This document shows, one piece after another, positions 1 through 9,486 of a stretch of DNA of 64,000 bases. The notes beneath the pieces are model-generated. The model saw only the letters and a list, made by a program, of their open reading frames with translations, ran no database searches and had not been told where the DNA came from. Positions within the stretch are counted from its first letter, which is position 1; each line of letters opens with the position of its first letter. This stretch comes from an uncultured Chloroflexia bacterium. GTDB lineage: Bacteria > Chloroflexota > Limnocylindria > QHBO01. The stretch covers positions 21,043-85,042 of the forward strand of contig CAWCXQ010000011.1 of the NCBI GenBank assembly GCA_963799675.1. Direction: 5' to 3'. Position numbers and translations under genes: made by a program.

Positions 1-558
1 AGCTGCGCCCCGATCGTCAGCAGCGGGCCCCTGATCGGATGACCGAGCTGCACGAGTGCCATCGACGCGATCAAGACGAAGAGCGCCTCGGAGTAGACCA
101 GCGAACCGACGTATGCCGCAGGACCAAGCGCAAGAAGCAGAAGGCCACGACGCGCTGAGCCTTCGTCATGCGTAATGCGTCGCAGAACCGCCAGCGCCGG
201 GACCATCGCCGCGATCCACAGCACATTGCTGAGGATGCCGCCAGCAAGCTCCATCGGCAGAAACCCAAGACTCGCAAGCCGAATCGCGATGGGCCAGATG
301 GGAAAGAACGCAAAATCCTGGTAATGCGCGCTGCCACTGAAAAGCACCGGATCCGCGTGGTAGCCGGTGGCCGCGATGTGGAGAGAACCATTGCCCGTCC
401 CAAGCAGCGAACGGTGAGTTCGCCGCAACGAGGTGCGGCCACCGGCTCGTGGAGGACAGGCCGGCAACCGCAATAAGGAGGCTCGAGAAGACCCGCGAAG
501 CGATTCCCACGCCAAGCGGAAAGGCAGCCTCGCGCAAAATCGCGGCGGCCCTCGCCAT
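1..558 (-). pseudogene. Polytopic membrane glycosyltransferase, PIG-V/GT-C-like mannosyltransferase family (5' part; 3' end off-window; one frame break near 383-388 as assembled)
   Basis: ATG at 558 gives MARAAAILREAAFPLGVGIASRVFSSLLIAVAG...AAWDGQWF (frame of ORF 166..780). After a 1-nt shift my own translation continues LHIAATGYHADPVLF...FFPIWPIAIRLASLGFLPMELAGGILSNVLWIAAMVPALAVL..., open to position 1. WDxxW(F/Y)..IAxxGY motif plus several hydrophobic helices. Confidence 0.55.
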
Positions 559-583
559 GGAGATGCGTCCGGGAGCGGCGAAG

Positions 584-1229
584 CTAGTCGCCTGGTCGCT
601 GGACAACGAAGAGCACGTTGAATCGAAGCGCCGAGTACCAGATCCGCTGAATCTCGAAGCCGGAGAGCAGTTCGCGCACTTCTTCGGCGCGGTATTCGTT
701 GTGGAAAGGCTCGTCTCCGGGGCATGTGCTCGACAGGAAGCGGAGCCGCCAGATCGCCGATCGCGCTGGAACCGAACCAATCAGGACACCGCCGGGCATC
801 AGTACTCGTCTGATCTCACGAAGCGCGAGCGCGCGGATCGGGCACGTGTTCGAGCACCTCCGTGCAGATGACGGTGGCAAAGCTGGCATCGGCGAATGGC
901 ATCGCCTCCAGGTCCCCCTCAACCGCTGCCTGGTGGGGTAGACGCTCTCGCACAAGCGCGAGGTTGCGAGGATTGAGATCCAAGCCGGTGCTGCCGGCGG
1001 GGAGCGCCTCCAGGTTCAGTCCGGTCCCGCATCCCGCATCGAGCATCGGCTCGCCAGCCGAGAACCGCTTGACGAGGTCGCGGACCACGCGACGCCTGTT
1101 TCGGTGGAAGAAGGACTCCAGGCCCCGAAGGTTATCGGCGACGTCGACCCAGTCGTACGTCTCCTCTTCGCGGTAGTAGTCCTTGACCCACTCGGCCCAC
1201 TCGCGTCTCGGTTGCGAACTGGCGCGCAT
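584..1229 (-). pseudogene. Class I SAM-dependent methyltransferase (frame break near 830-845 as assembled)
   Basis: ORF 816..1229 has motif I 'MLDAGCGTGLNLEAL' and 'FATVICTEVLEHVPDP'. The expected continuation 'ALREIRRVLMPGGVLIGSVP...' is in the frame of ORF 584..955. Confidence 0.75.
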
Positions 1230-1615
1230 GATCGTCGGCGTGGCTATCTACGTTCATCAAAGCCTCCGCGGCGAGCCTACCTCACAGAGAGGGCCGGGCG
1301 ACTGGCGCAATAGTCCTCGCCCAGGGTCCCGGTTCGGGAGCAGGCATTCGAGGGAATCGCCCCGACCGGGAAGGGAGCTCGTCGAGCACGACGAGACTCA
1401 GCACTGTAAGGATCAGGTCCGCCAATGGCCGTAGGCTGGTCGCGAGTCGGCACCGTGCGGTCCGGGCCGCCGCTTCGGGCGTCCGATTGGCCAGTGGCTG
1501 AAGGGGGCGCCGCTGCCGCAGCGGGGATGGGGCGTTCAGACGGCCGGCTGAAGTCCGCAGTCGGAGTTTCGCTACTGACTGTGCGGGCCTCGCCGGCCGT
1601 TTCGGCTTGGTGCGT

Positions 1616-1732
1616 TTAGTCTTTGGATTCCGTCTTGTCGGGGACCGCAGCTTGCTGGCGGCGCTTGACGTAGAAGTACGCGGCGATGATCGCGGTGCCC
1701 ATAAGCAGAATCAGCCAGCCAAAGGGTTCCAT
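1616..1732 (-). CDS. Small single-pass membrane protein (38 aa), paralog of the N-terminus of 2808..3089
   Basis: Own translation: MEPFGWLILLMGTAIIAAYFYVKRRQQAAVPDKTESKD. GAGGA lies ~9 nt upstream of the ATG. Below the ORF-track length cutoff. Confidence 0.45.
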   Translation of the reverse strand: MEPFGWLILLMGTAIIAAYFYVKRRQQAAVPDKTESKD

Positions 1733-1851
1733 GACGTGAGGTCCTCGTTCGAAGGCTCGAGTGAGCCTCGAGCGGTAGGAATGGCAACGCCCCCGGGCGG
1801 TATCGAGTCGAAGCCCGATGCCCCCCGAGGGCGTGCCTTGAATGGATGCGC

Positions 1852-2028
1852 TTACAGCTGGTCGTTGACCGACTGGAAGATGCCGCTGACGGCCGGACCC
1901 AGAAGAATCAGCACGGCGATCACGACGATCGCGATGAGTGCCAGGAGGAGTCCGTACTCCACGAGGGTCTGGCCTCGCTCGTCGCGCTGAGTCCAGCGAT
2001 CGACGACAAGACGAATGAGTTCCCGCAT
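1852..2028 (-). CDS. flp: Flp/Fap family type IVb (Tad) prepilin, copy 1
   Basis: Own translation (58 aa): MRELIRLVVDRWTQRDERGQTLVEYGLLLALIAIVVIAVLILLGPAVSGIFQSVNDQL. Shows the G/xTxxEYGLL prepilin motif plus a hydrophobic helix, with GGGAGA upstream of the ATG. Confidence 0.85.
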   Translation of the reverse strand: MRELIRLVVDRWTQRDERGQTLVEYGLLLALIAIVVIAVLILLGPAVSGIFQSVNDQL

Positions 2029-2188
2029 CTATGTCTCCCTGTGAGGTGGATTGAAAGATCCTGTCGTGAAACTACGGGGCCGACCCGCCACGTGAAAGGG
2101 CCCATTTGGATATGCGGTCTGGGACGTTCGGCGAGGAAGGTCAAGGGCGTCCGATGGAGGATGCGCCGACGGCTATGGCCACAAGGAG

Positions 2189-2233
2189 AAGCGCCCTTCC
2201 AGTCTCCGCGCTCTGCGGGCCGGAAGGGCGCCT
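2189..2233 (-). terminator. Hairpin between flp copy 2 and copy 1 (possible intrinsic terminator/processing site)
   Basis: gcgcccttcc (2191-2200) pairs perfectly with ggaagggcgc (2222-2231), leaving a 21-nt loop. Lies 25 nt downstream of the flp-2 stop. No clear U-tract. Confidence 0.35.
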
Positions 2234-2256
2234 CTCGGTGCGACGAGGTATCTGCG

Positions 2257-2433
2257 CTACAGCTGGTCGTTGACTGACTGGAAGATGCCACTGACAGTCG
2301 GGCCCAAGATGATCAGCACGGCGATCACGACGATCGCGATGAGTGCCAGGAGCAGCCCGTACTCGACCAACGTCTGGCCTTCCTCGTCTCGCTGGAGCCA
2401 GCGGTCGAGTGCTAACTGAACAAGATCCCGCAT
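2257..2433 (-). CDS. flp: Flp/Fap family type IVb prepilin, copy 2
   Basis: Own translation (58 aa): MRDLVQLALDRWLQRDEEGQTLVEYGLLLALIAIVVIAVLIILGPTVSGIFQSVNDQL. Near-identical to copy 1. GAGGGTGAAG upstream. Confidence 0.85.
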   Translation of the reverse strand: MRDLVQLALDRWLQRDEEGQTLVEYGLLLALIAIVVIAVLIILGPTVSGIFQSVNDQL

Positions 2434-2557
2434 GCGACTTCACCCTCTACAAGACGCCCAAATCCCGAGGGCAGCACGCTACGGCCAGCGACGTCCGAAA
2501 CCTATTGCCTAATCGGCATCGGAGCTGGGTACTTTCGCTGAAGGGTCGGAACGAGGC

Positions 2558-2737
2558 TCAGGGCATCTCGTCGAAGAACGACTGATAGAGGCCGCTGACG
2601 CCCGGTCCGAAGAGCAGCAGAATGCCGATCACGGCCAGCGCGACGAACGAGAGCAGCAGTCCGTACTCCACAAGCGTCTGTCCGCGCTGGGAGTCGTCGA
2701 TCCGCCGAATGATGAGTGCAACCAGGTGACGAAGCAT
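2558..2737 (-). CDS. flp: Flp/Fap family type IVb prepilin, copy 3 (diverged)
   Basis: Last 59 aa of ORF 2558..2770: MLRHLVALIIRRIDDSQRGQTLVEYGLLLSFVALAVIGILLLFGPGVSGLYQSFFDEMP. Internal ATG 2737 preferred because GGGAAGGA lies upstream. Confidence 0.85.
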   Translation of the reverse strand: MLRHLVALIIRRIDDSQRGQTLVEYGLLLSFVALAVIGILLLFGPGVSGLYQSFFDEMP

Positions 2738-2807
2738 CGATAAGTCCTTCCCGTGCCCTTCCGGGAACATACGCTCCGAGGCAGAGCACGGAAAGAATGC
2801 GTTCGTC

Positions 2808-3089
2808 CTATTTATTGGTGTCGCAGGGGTACTTTCTGCAGGAGATCAGGGAAGCGGATCCTCCCGCCGGGGTGCGACATCCTCGTTCGGGGGCGGGGTG
2901 TAGGTCGAGGCCCGCACCTCGTCTTCCCGTGTGCTGGAGGCGTGTCGGGGGTGGGGTGTACGTCGACGCCCGTAGCTCGTCTTCACGTGTGTTGGAAGCG
3001 TTGATCTGCTGCTGTCGTCGCCTCAGGTAAAAGTAGGCGGCGACGATTGCGACCGCCATCAGCAGGAGCAGCCAGGCCAATGGTTGCAC
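2808..3089 (-). CDS. Small N-terminally anchored membrane protein with a tandem-repeat tail; probable 1-nt frame error between the repeats
   Basis: GTG 3089 is preceded by GGAGG plus a 6-nt spacer. MQPLAWLLLLMAVAIVAAYFYLRRRQQQ... parallels the 38-aa protein at 1616..1732. The repeat peptide ASNTREDELRASTYTPPP recurs as ASSTREDEVRASTYTPPP in another frame. Confidence 0.5.
   Translation of the reverse strand: MQPLAWLLLLMAVAIVAAYFYLRRRQQQINASNTREDELRASTYTPPPTRLQHTGRRGAGLDLHPAPERGCRTPAGGSASLISCRKYPCDTNK
2888..2999. repeat. Tandem direct repeat, 2 x 54 nt separated by a 4-nt linker (coding repeat of 2808..3089)
   Basis: 2888..2941 (cgggggcggggtgtaggtcgaggcccgcacctcgtcttcccgtgtgctggaggc) versus 2946..2999 (cgggggtggggtgtacgtcgacgcccgtagctcgtcttcacgtgtgttggaagc). 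Confidence 0.85.
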
Positions 3090-3215
3090 GGTGACCCTCC
3101 AATCTCGAGCGCGGATGCGCCCGTCGGGGAGTCTAGGCGGTTGGCCGCACAGCCCGACCGTCTTTGGCGCATGCGGTGGCGAGCGGCGAACAGGCGTTGC
3201 GCTGCAGGGCTGAAG

Positions 3216-3883
3216 TCAGTTCCGTCGAGCCACGAAGAGCCACTGGAAGGCAAAGAGCGTGGGGGCCACGCGGGCCGCGGCGGTCTGGCCCTGCATGGCG
3301 AGCTCCCGAAGCGCCGGGGCCCAGCGCCGGCGGCCAGACGTCTTCCAGCGGCACGGGCGTGGCATTCATCGTGGTCACCGAGAGTCCCGCGGAGGCCATC
3401 AGCTCGAGCGCGGTGTCCCGCGTGTAGAAGTGGAGATGGGTGCGATCGAAGATGCCGCGGTCATGGCGGGGAAAGCGTCCGGAGAGGACCAGCAGCCGCG
3501 CCGCCAGGTGCCCGATATTCGGCAGCGAGACGACGAATACCGCGTCTTCCGTTGATGCGGCCACGAGCTTCTTCAGCACGCTCGTGGGATCCGGCGTGTG
3601 CTCCAGGACGTCGGCCGCGACGATGACCCGGTAGGGCGCACCGGCCAGGTCGGCGGCCTCGACCGTGCTGACGCTGAAGGACCGGTAATGCGGACGAGCG
3701 ACGGCCGCGGAAGCCGCGTCCGGCTCGATGCCATCGAGCGTGAGGCCGCTTCCTGCCAACAGCTGCCCGAGCTGCCCGGAGGACGCGCCGACATCCAGGA
3801 TCGGGTCGCGACCAAGCGCTACGCAGGAACCTGGCAATGCGCTGGTGGCTGCTCCTTGGGTCGCTATGAAGGCTGTACGGCAC
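3216..3883 (-). pseudogene. Class I SAM-dependent methyltransferase (two frame breaks, ~3820 and ~3320, as assembled)
   Basis: N-terminus 'MPYSLHSDPRSSHQRIARFL' is in the frame of ORF 3461..3883. The core 'ILDVGASSGQLGQLL...YRVIVAADVLEHTPDPTSVLKKLV...VFVVSLPNIGHLAARL' is in the frame of ORF 3133..4032. The C-terminus 'ALRELAMQGQTAAARVAPTLFAFQWLFVARRN*' is in a third frame (own translation), with its stop at 3216. Confidence 0.7.
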
Positions 3884-4033
3884 GGATCGGGCTCAGCGTT
3901 CTCTGCAGCCCGGGGCCGGGTGGCGGCGACGTCGGAGGGAGCGCATCGCGCACGACGGTACGGTGCGTCCGGCAGGGAGTCAATGCCGGCGACCCGAATC
4001 GATGCAGCCCGCGCCGAACCCGGCAGGTGCAAA

Positions 4034-5644
4034 TCACGGAGCCGGTGCCTGGACCTGGACGAGCCAGTAGGTGCCGGGCTTGTACGCGAGCGGCACCACG
4101 CGGAGCTTCCCCAGGGGCTTCTCCTTGGTGACCTCCAGCCCTGAGAACCACTCTCGCGGCACGTCCACGTTGATGTCGTGATAGACGTACTGACCGGCCA
4201 CGAGGAGCCGCTCGGGACGCGCGATCAGCGCCGCGGCTGTCGGGTCCGCCAGCATTGTGAGCGCCACATCGAGCTCGATGGCGATCCGGCGCTGGAGCGC
4301 CCTTGGTACGTAGGCGGTCGCCCGCTTTGGATCGACCACGGTGAAGCCCTTCTTGGCCGGTGCCGCCGACGGAGCGGGCTTCCGGACCGCCCCCATGATC
4401 TGGCGGAGCCGTGGCATCACCGCCTCGAGATCGGCGCTGGCGCTCTGCTGGATGCTGAAGCGGCTTTCGAGCTGGGACGTGAATGGCCCGGGGAGCGAGA
4501 TCACGACGCCCAGGAGAACCGCGACGATCAGCCCGGCGAGGCGGGCGCCTACAACGAGGGAGGCCCGAGGCAACACCCCGGCGATCAGAGAGACGATCGC
4601 GCCGATCCCCACGCCAGCCAGCAGGATCAGCCCGAGGCCCGGTTCCTCGTAGTAACGCGCGGAGATGAAGGTTCCGCGAAGGGCGAACCCGCCGAGCAGC
4701 ACGAGCACCCCGCCAATGAGGCCGGCGATGCCGACAAGCACGGCCCAGCGCCTGGTCGTCAGGAGGTAGGCGACCCCCACGACGGCGAGCAGGATCAGCG
4801 GCAGCATGGCGCCGTATCGGGTCACCAGGCCGTGCATGTACGTCAGGGCGCTTGTGGGCTGCAGGCCCGGCCTGGCAAGCACCGTGTACGCATCGGCAAC
4901 CGTCAGCCAGTAGAACGGGTTGCCCGTGAGCAGGTAGTCATGGAGGAGCACGGCTGGGATTGCCAGCAGGGCGGCCGTCAACGGGAGCACGGAGCGGACG
5001 GGCGGCCACCCAGGCGCTCGGGAACGTACCGCGGGAACAGCGAGCATGACGAGCACACCCATGGCGGCTCCCACGATCAGCCAAGTCTCCAGTCTTGCCA
5101 TCCCCGCGAGGAGCAGGGCAGCGCCCGCGATCCCGAAACGTCGCGGCCGTGAGCTCACGGCCAGGCCGGCTGCCGCCCAGCCTGCGAATGCCCAGGGCAG
5201 CGAGTTGGCCTGTGCGACCTCGGCGAGCTCCGGGGCCGAGGCGATGAGCGCTGCCGCAACGAAGATCCCCGCCGAAAGGCCACCAACCCGGCTCGCCAGG
5301 CGGGCCGCCAGGGCAACGCCGATTCCGTGGATGGCGATCGTCTCCCACACGACCGCCCGCCAGTCATGGACGAGATTCCAGGTCACGCCGAAGACCAGCG
5401 TCAGCAATGGCTTGGGAGCGGTCAGCACCGTGACCTCGAGGTGCTTGCCCGCGGCGATCCGCTGGAAGTAGAGGACGCTCGACATGGAGTCCGGATCGTT
5501 GGTTCCCGGCAGCCACGCACGCATCGCGACGAACGCGACCGCCGCGGCGATCAGGCCGAGCCCCACGGCGGGCACCCATCCGAGGCCGTCCGCGGCCACG
5601 GGCCGATCGTCTCCGAGCTCGCGTGCTGCGCGGTGGGCGCTCAC
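4034..5644 (-). CDS. Polytopic membrane protein, putative GT-C-fold (ArnT/PMT-like) glycosyltransferase
   Basis: Intact 536-aa ORF with about 10 or more hydrophobic helices, an acidic first-loop motif 'PGTNDPDS', and a ~150-aa soluble C-terminal domain. Assigned by architecture only. Confidence 0.55.
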   Translation of the reverse strand: MSAHRAARELGDDRPVAADGLGWVPAVGLGLIAAAVAFVAMRAWLPGTNDPDSMSSVLYFQRIAAGKHLEVTVLTAPKPLLTLVFGVTWNLVHDWRAVVWETIAIHGIGVALAARLASRVGGLSAGIFVAAALIASAPELAEVAQANSLPWAFAGWAAAGLAVSSRPRRFGIAGAALLLAGMARLETWLIVGAAMGVLVMLAVPAVRSRAPGWPPVRSVLPLTAALLAIPAVLLHDYLLTGNPFYWLTVADAYTVLARPGLQPTSALTYMHGLVTRYGAMLPLILLAVVGVAYLLTTRRWAVLVGIAGLIGGVLVLLGGFALRGTFISARYYEEPGLGLILLAGVGIGAIVSLIAGVLPRASLVVGARLAGLIVAVLLGVVISLPGPFTSQLESRFSIQQSASADLEAVMPRLRQIMGAVRKPAPSAAPAKKGFTVVDPKRATAYVPRALQRRIAIELDVALTMLADPTAAALIARPERLLVAGQYVYHDINVDVPREWFSGLEVTKEKPLGKLRVVPLAYKPGTYWLVQVQAPAP

Positions 5645-6759
5645 CGCCGCATCGTAGTCGGGGCCGACCTGCCGACGAGCCCTCGCACCACTTCGTATGC
5701 TCTCGGCATGCGCGGTCCGATCTCATAGCCACTCGATCGCCTGACTTCGGGCGACGCCTCGCAATCAGCCTGCTGGGATCGTTGATCAGCCTTGGAGCGA
5801 TCGTTATCGTCCTGCGCTCCGTCGACCTCGACCAGACTGCAGCAGCGCTCAGCCATACCAACGTCCTGCTGCTCGGGCCATGCATCCTCCTGCTTGGCGC
5901 CGGGATCGCACTCCGCGCATGGCGATGGCAGCGACTGCTGCCGATGCCCGGCGGGCGCGCTGTGCCCGTGCGCCGCATCGTGCCGATCCTCCTCATCGGC
6001 TACCTGGGGAACACCGTCCTCCCCGCCCGGCTGGGAGAGCCGATCCGCGCCTACCTCCTGGCGCGCCGGCAAGGACTGAGCTCGTTCGAGGTCCTCGGGA
6101 CCGCCCTGATCGAGCGAGTCGTTGACCTCTGCGTGCTCTCCGTCATGGCCTTCGTCGCAGCCTGGGCGATTGCCGCTCCATCCTGGGTCGTGCAGCTCAC
6201 CGGCGTGGCGGCCGCGGGCTCGCTCCTCGTCATTCTCGCGTTGACACTCGTGGGGCTGGGGCCGGTGGTGGCGTTCCTGGAACGCGCAACGCGTCGGGTC
6301 CATGCTCCGGGGGCGGCCACGATTGTCGTGAGGCTGGAGCGTTTTGCCCGCGGCCTCGGCGGGCAGTCCCAGCGGATCCCGGTTGCGCAGGCGGCCGGCC
6401 TGAGCATCCCCATCTGGCTCGTCGATACGACGACCTGCTGGCTCGTCGCCCAGAGTCTTGGAGCGGATCTGAGCCCCGCCTCCGCACTGCTGGTGATCGC
6501 CGTGGGAGCACTCGGCACATCAGTGCCGTCAGCGCCGGGCTACATCGGTACCTACGAGCTGGCGGCGTCCGCCGCGGCACGCGCGGTCGGCCTCGCCGCA
6601 CCCGCTGCGCTGAGCCTCGCCATCGTCATCCACGTGGTGACGCTCCTGCCCGTCGCTCTGGCAGGGGCGGCTTCGATGCTCGTCATCGGCTCGGGCAGCC
6701 TCCTCGACCTGGCGCAGGCGGCCGGGGAGACGGAGGCGACGGCGGAGGGCGAAGGCTAG
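5623..6759 (+). CDS. Flippase-like / lysyl-PG-synthase-TM family membrane protein (UPF0104)
   Basis: 'LRAWRWQRLL' and 'LLIGYLGNTVLPARLGEPIRAYLLAR' are signatures of this family; multi-TM. Start uncertain: GTG 5623 overlaps the divergent gene by 22 nt. Confidence 0.7.
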   Translation: MLRGGRSPPHRSRGRPADEPSHHFVCSRHARSDLIATRSPDFGRRLAISLLGSLISLGAIVIVLRSVDLDQTAAALSHTNVLLLGPCILLLGAGIALRAWRWQRLLPMPGGRAVPVRRIVPILLIGYLGNTVLPARLGEPIRAYLLARRQGLSSFEVLGTALIERVVDLCVLSVMAFVAAWAIAAPSWVVQLTGVAAAGSLLVILALTLVGLGPVVAFLERATRRVHAPGAATIVVRLERFARGLGGQSQRIPVAQAAGLSIPIWLVDTTTCWLVAQSLGADLSPASALLVIAVGALGTSVPSAPGYIGTYELAASAAARAVGLAAPAALSLAIVIHVVTLLPVALAGAASMLVIGSGSLLDLAQAAGETEATAEGEG

Positions 6760-7553
6760 TCTCCGCGGACCCGCGACTTGCGCCGCGATCGCGCGCGCTG
6801 TGACGCGCGGCGGAGGATGTGATCGGCGACGACGACGAGCGTCGAGAGGCCGTACACCACGCTGCGACGGAATCCGACCGAGCTCGCCTCCTCGAAGTAC
6901 CTCGTCGGGATCGCGATCTCCTCGATGCGGAACCCGCCACGCACCGCCTGCGCGATGAACTGCTGGTCGAACACGAAGTCGTCGCTGTTCTCGTGGTACG
7001 GCAGCGATTCGACGAGCTCGCGGCTGTAGGCGCGGAATCCGCTGTGGTACTCGGCCAGGTGCAGCCCAAAGGCCAGGTTCTCGATACCGGTCAGGAACCG
7101 GTTGCTGATGTACTTCCAGCGCGGCATCCCGCCCGCGAGCGGGTCGCCCAGGAATCGGCTGCCGATGGTCAGGTCTGCACGGCCGCTGAGAATGGGCTCG
7201 ATGAGCGCACCGATGCGTGTGCCGTCGTACTGGTAGTCGGGGTGCAGCATGATGATGATCTCTGCGCCGATCTCGAGCGCCCGGTCGTAGCAGGTCTTCT
7301 GGTTGCCGCCGTACCCGCGGTTCTCGCTGTGCATGAGGACGTCGAGGCCAAGCTCCTGTGCGATCTCGACGGTCCTGTCCTGCGAGACGTCGTCCACGAG
7401 GATGATGTGATCGACGATCTCACGGGGAATGTCACGGCAGGTTCGCTCGAGCGTCAGCTCGGCGTTGTAGGCGGGCATGACCACGACGACGGACGGATGG
7501 GTGGTTTGGGCGGGCGCCTCATCGGTCACGTCGGTCGCGAGCGTGTCAACCAT
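6756..7553 (-). CDS. GT2 family glycosyltransferase, polyprenyl-phosphate sugar synthase-like (DPM1/GtrB/ArnC type)
   Basis: 'VVVVMPAYNAELTLERT', 'ILVDDVSQDRT', 'ENRGYGGNQKT', 'IIIMLHPDYQYD'. Intact 265 aa. Confidence 0.85.
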   Translation of the reverse strand: MVDTLATDVTDEAPAQTTHPSVVVVMPAYNAELTLERTCRDIPREIVDHIILVDDVSQDRTVEIAQELGLDVLMHSENRGYGGNQKTCYDRALEIGAEIIIMLHPDYQYDGTRIGALIEPILSGRADLTIGSRFLGDPLAGGMPRWKYISNRFLTGIENLAFGLHLAEYHSGFRAYSRELVESLPYHENSDDFVFDQQFIAQAVRGGFRIEEIAIPTRYFEEASSVGFRRSVVYGLSTLVVVADHILRRASQRARSRRKSRVRGD

Positions 7554-7632
7554 CGGTCGATGCTAACCCAAGCCGTCGTGGACGGGCTGCCCTTTCGGCC
7601 CTTCGCGTCATGAAGCCACTATCCTGATCCCC

Positions 7633-8433
7633 ATGCCTCTGAAGGGAGTGGTCCTGGCCGGCGGGAGCGGGACGCGCCTCTTCCCGATGACGCTGGTCAC
7701 CAACAAGCACCTCCTGCCGGTGTACGACCGGCCGATGATCTACTACCCGCTGCACGCCCTGCGGGAGATGGGCGTCACCGAGGCGATGGTGGTCGTCGGC
7801 GGCCGCTCGGTGGGGGACATCCTGGAGCTGCTGCACGACGGCTCGGACCTGGGGATGGGGCTGACCTATCGGTACCAGAGGGGCGCGCTCGGGATCGCCC
7901 ACGCGATTGGCCTGGCCCGCGGCTTTGCCGGCGACGATCCGATCGCGATCGTGCTGGGCGACAACCTGCTCCACGGGTCGCTGAGGGAGTTCGCCGACGC
8001 ATTCGCTGCGGGCACGGCGCAGGCCGGCGCAGTGCTCAAGCAGGTGCCGGATCCCGAGCGCTTCGGCGTCGCCGAGCTGGATGCCGACGGCCAAGTGGTG
8101 CATTTCGAGGAGAAGCCGGCCCACCCAAAGAGCGACCTGATCCCGATCGGGGTCTACTTCTTCCGGCCCTCGGTCTTCGCCGCGTTGCGTGCGCTGCGCC
8201 CCTCGGCCCGCGGGGAGTTCGAAATCACCGATCTGCTCAACCACTTCCTGGACCGGGGAGAGCTCATCACCCACACCTTCGAGGGCGAATGGATGGATGC
8301 GGGCACGGTCGAATCGCTTCTTCGCTCCACCAATCTCGTCTCGACCTTCGACATCGCCATGCCGCCGGCCATCCGGCAGAGCATCGAGGCGGTTGAAGCG
8401 GAGCGGGTCGAGCCGGACCAGGCGGTCCCCTAG
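7633..8433 (+). CDS. rmlA: Glucose-1-phosphate thymidylyltransferase (sugar nucleotidyltransferase)
   Basis: 'KGVVLAGGSGTRLFPMTLVTNKHLLPVYDRPMIYYPL', plus operon context with rmlBDC. Confidence 0.88.
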   Translation: MPLKGVVLAGGSGTRLFPMTLVTNKHLLPVYDRPMIYYPLHALREMGVTEAMVVVGGRSVGDILELLHDGSDLGMGLTYRYQRGALGIAHAIGLARGFAGDDPIAIVLGDNLLHGSLREFADAFAAGTAQAGAVLKQVPDPERFGVAELDADGQVVHFEEKPAHPKSDLIPIGVYFFRPSVFAALRALRPSARGEFEITDLLNHFLDRGELITHTFEGEWMDAGTVESLLRSTNLVSTFDIAMPPAIRQSIEAVEAERVEPDQAVP

Positions 8434-9486
8434 ATGGCTAACAGCGGACCTGGGTCCGCGCCTCGGCGGCTGCTGGTCACCGGCGGCGCGGGGTTCATCG
8501 GCTCGGCCTTCGTCAGGCGCCTTCTCCGCGAGGACCCCGACCGCCCGCTGATCGTCCTCGACAAGCTGACCTACGCGGGCAATCGGGCGAACCTCGAGCC
8601 GGTGGCGGATAGCCCCGGGTTCCGCTTCGTCGTCGGAGATATCGCCGATGCCCAGGTGGTCGAGCCCCTCGCCGGGGAGGTGGACGCCATCGTCAACTTC
8701 GCCGCGGAATCGCACGTCGATCGCAGCATCGAATCTCCCGACGCCTTCATCCGCACCGACGTGTACGGGACCTACGTGCTTCTCGACGCAGCCCGCCGCC
8801 ACGGCCACCGCCGCTACGTCCAGGTGAGCACCGACGAGGTCTACGGCAGCCTTGCCACCGGCTCCGCCGGCGAGAGCGACCGCCTCGAGCCTCGAAGCCC
8901 GTACGCGGCGAGCAAGGCGGCCGGTGACATGCTCGCGCTTGCCTATGGCACGACGTACGGGCTGCCGGTCGGCGTCACCCGGGCGAGCAACACGTTCGGC
9001 CCGTACCAGTATCCCGAGAAGATCCTGCCCCTGTTCACCACCAACGCGATCGACGGTCAGCCGCTGCCGCTCTACGGCGACGGGCTGCATGTGCGGGATT
9101 GGCTGTACGTGGACGACCACTGCGCGGCGGTCGAGCTCGTCCTGAGCGATGGGGCCGCAGGCGAGGTGTACAACGTCGCCGGCGGGAACGAGCTCACGAA
9201 TCTCGATCTCACCCACCTGATCCTCGACGAGCTCGGCCTGCCCCGATCGCTCATTCGTTCGGTGCCGGATCGGCCGGGCCACGATCGCCGCTACTCCGTC
9301 GATGCAGGCAAGATCCGTGAGCTCGGCTGGCGGCCCCAGGCAAGCTTCCCCGACGCCCTCTCCGAGACGATTCGCTGGTACGTCGACCATCCCGAGTGGT
9401 GGCGACCCCTCAAAGATGGCGAGTACCTCGGGTACTACCGGCGGCAATACGCCGAACGCCTCGAGGAAAGCAGCTCCCTGCCATGA
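8434..9486 (+). CDS. rmlB: dTDP-glucose 4,6-dehydratase
   Basis: 'LLVTGGAGFIGSAFV', 'DKLTYAGNRANL', 'SPYAASKAAGDML', 'HVRDWLYVDDH'. Intact 350 aa. Confidence 0.93.
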   Translation: MANSGPGSAPRRLLVTGGAGFIGSAFVRRLLREDPDRPLIVLDKLTYAGNRANLEPVADSPGFRFVVGDIADAQVVEPLAGEVDAIVNFAAESHVDRSIESPDAFIRTDVYGTYVLLDAARRHGHRRYVQVSTDEVYGSLATGSAGESDRLEPRSPYAASKAAGDMLALAYGTTYGLPVGVTRASNTFGPYQYPEKILPLFTTNAIDGQPLPLYGDGLHVRDWLYVDDHCAAVELVLSDGAAGEVYNVAGGNELTNLDLTHLILDELGLPRSLIRSVPDRPGHDRRYSVDAGKIRELGWRPQASFPDALSETIRWYVDHPEWWRPLKDGEYLGYYRRQYAERLEESSSLP

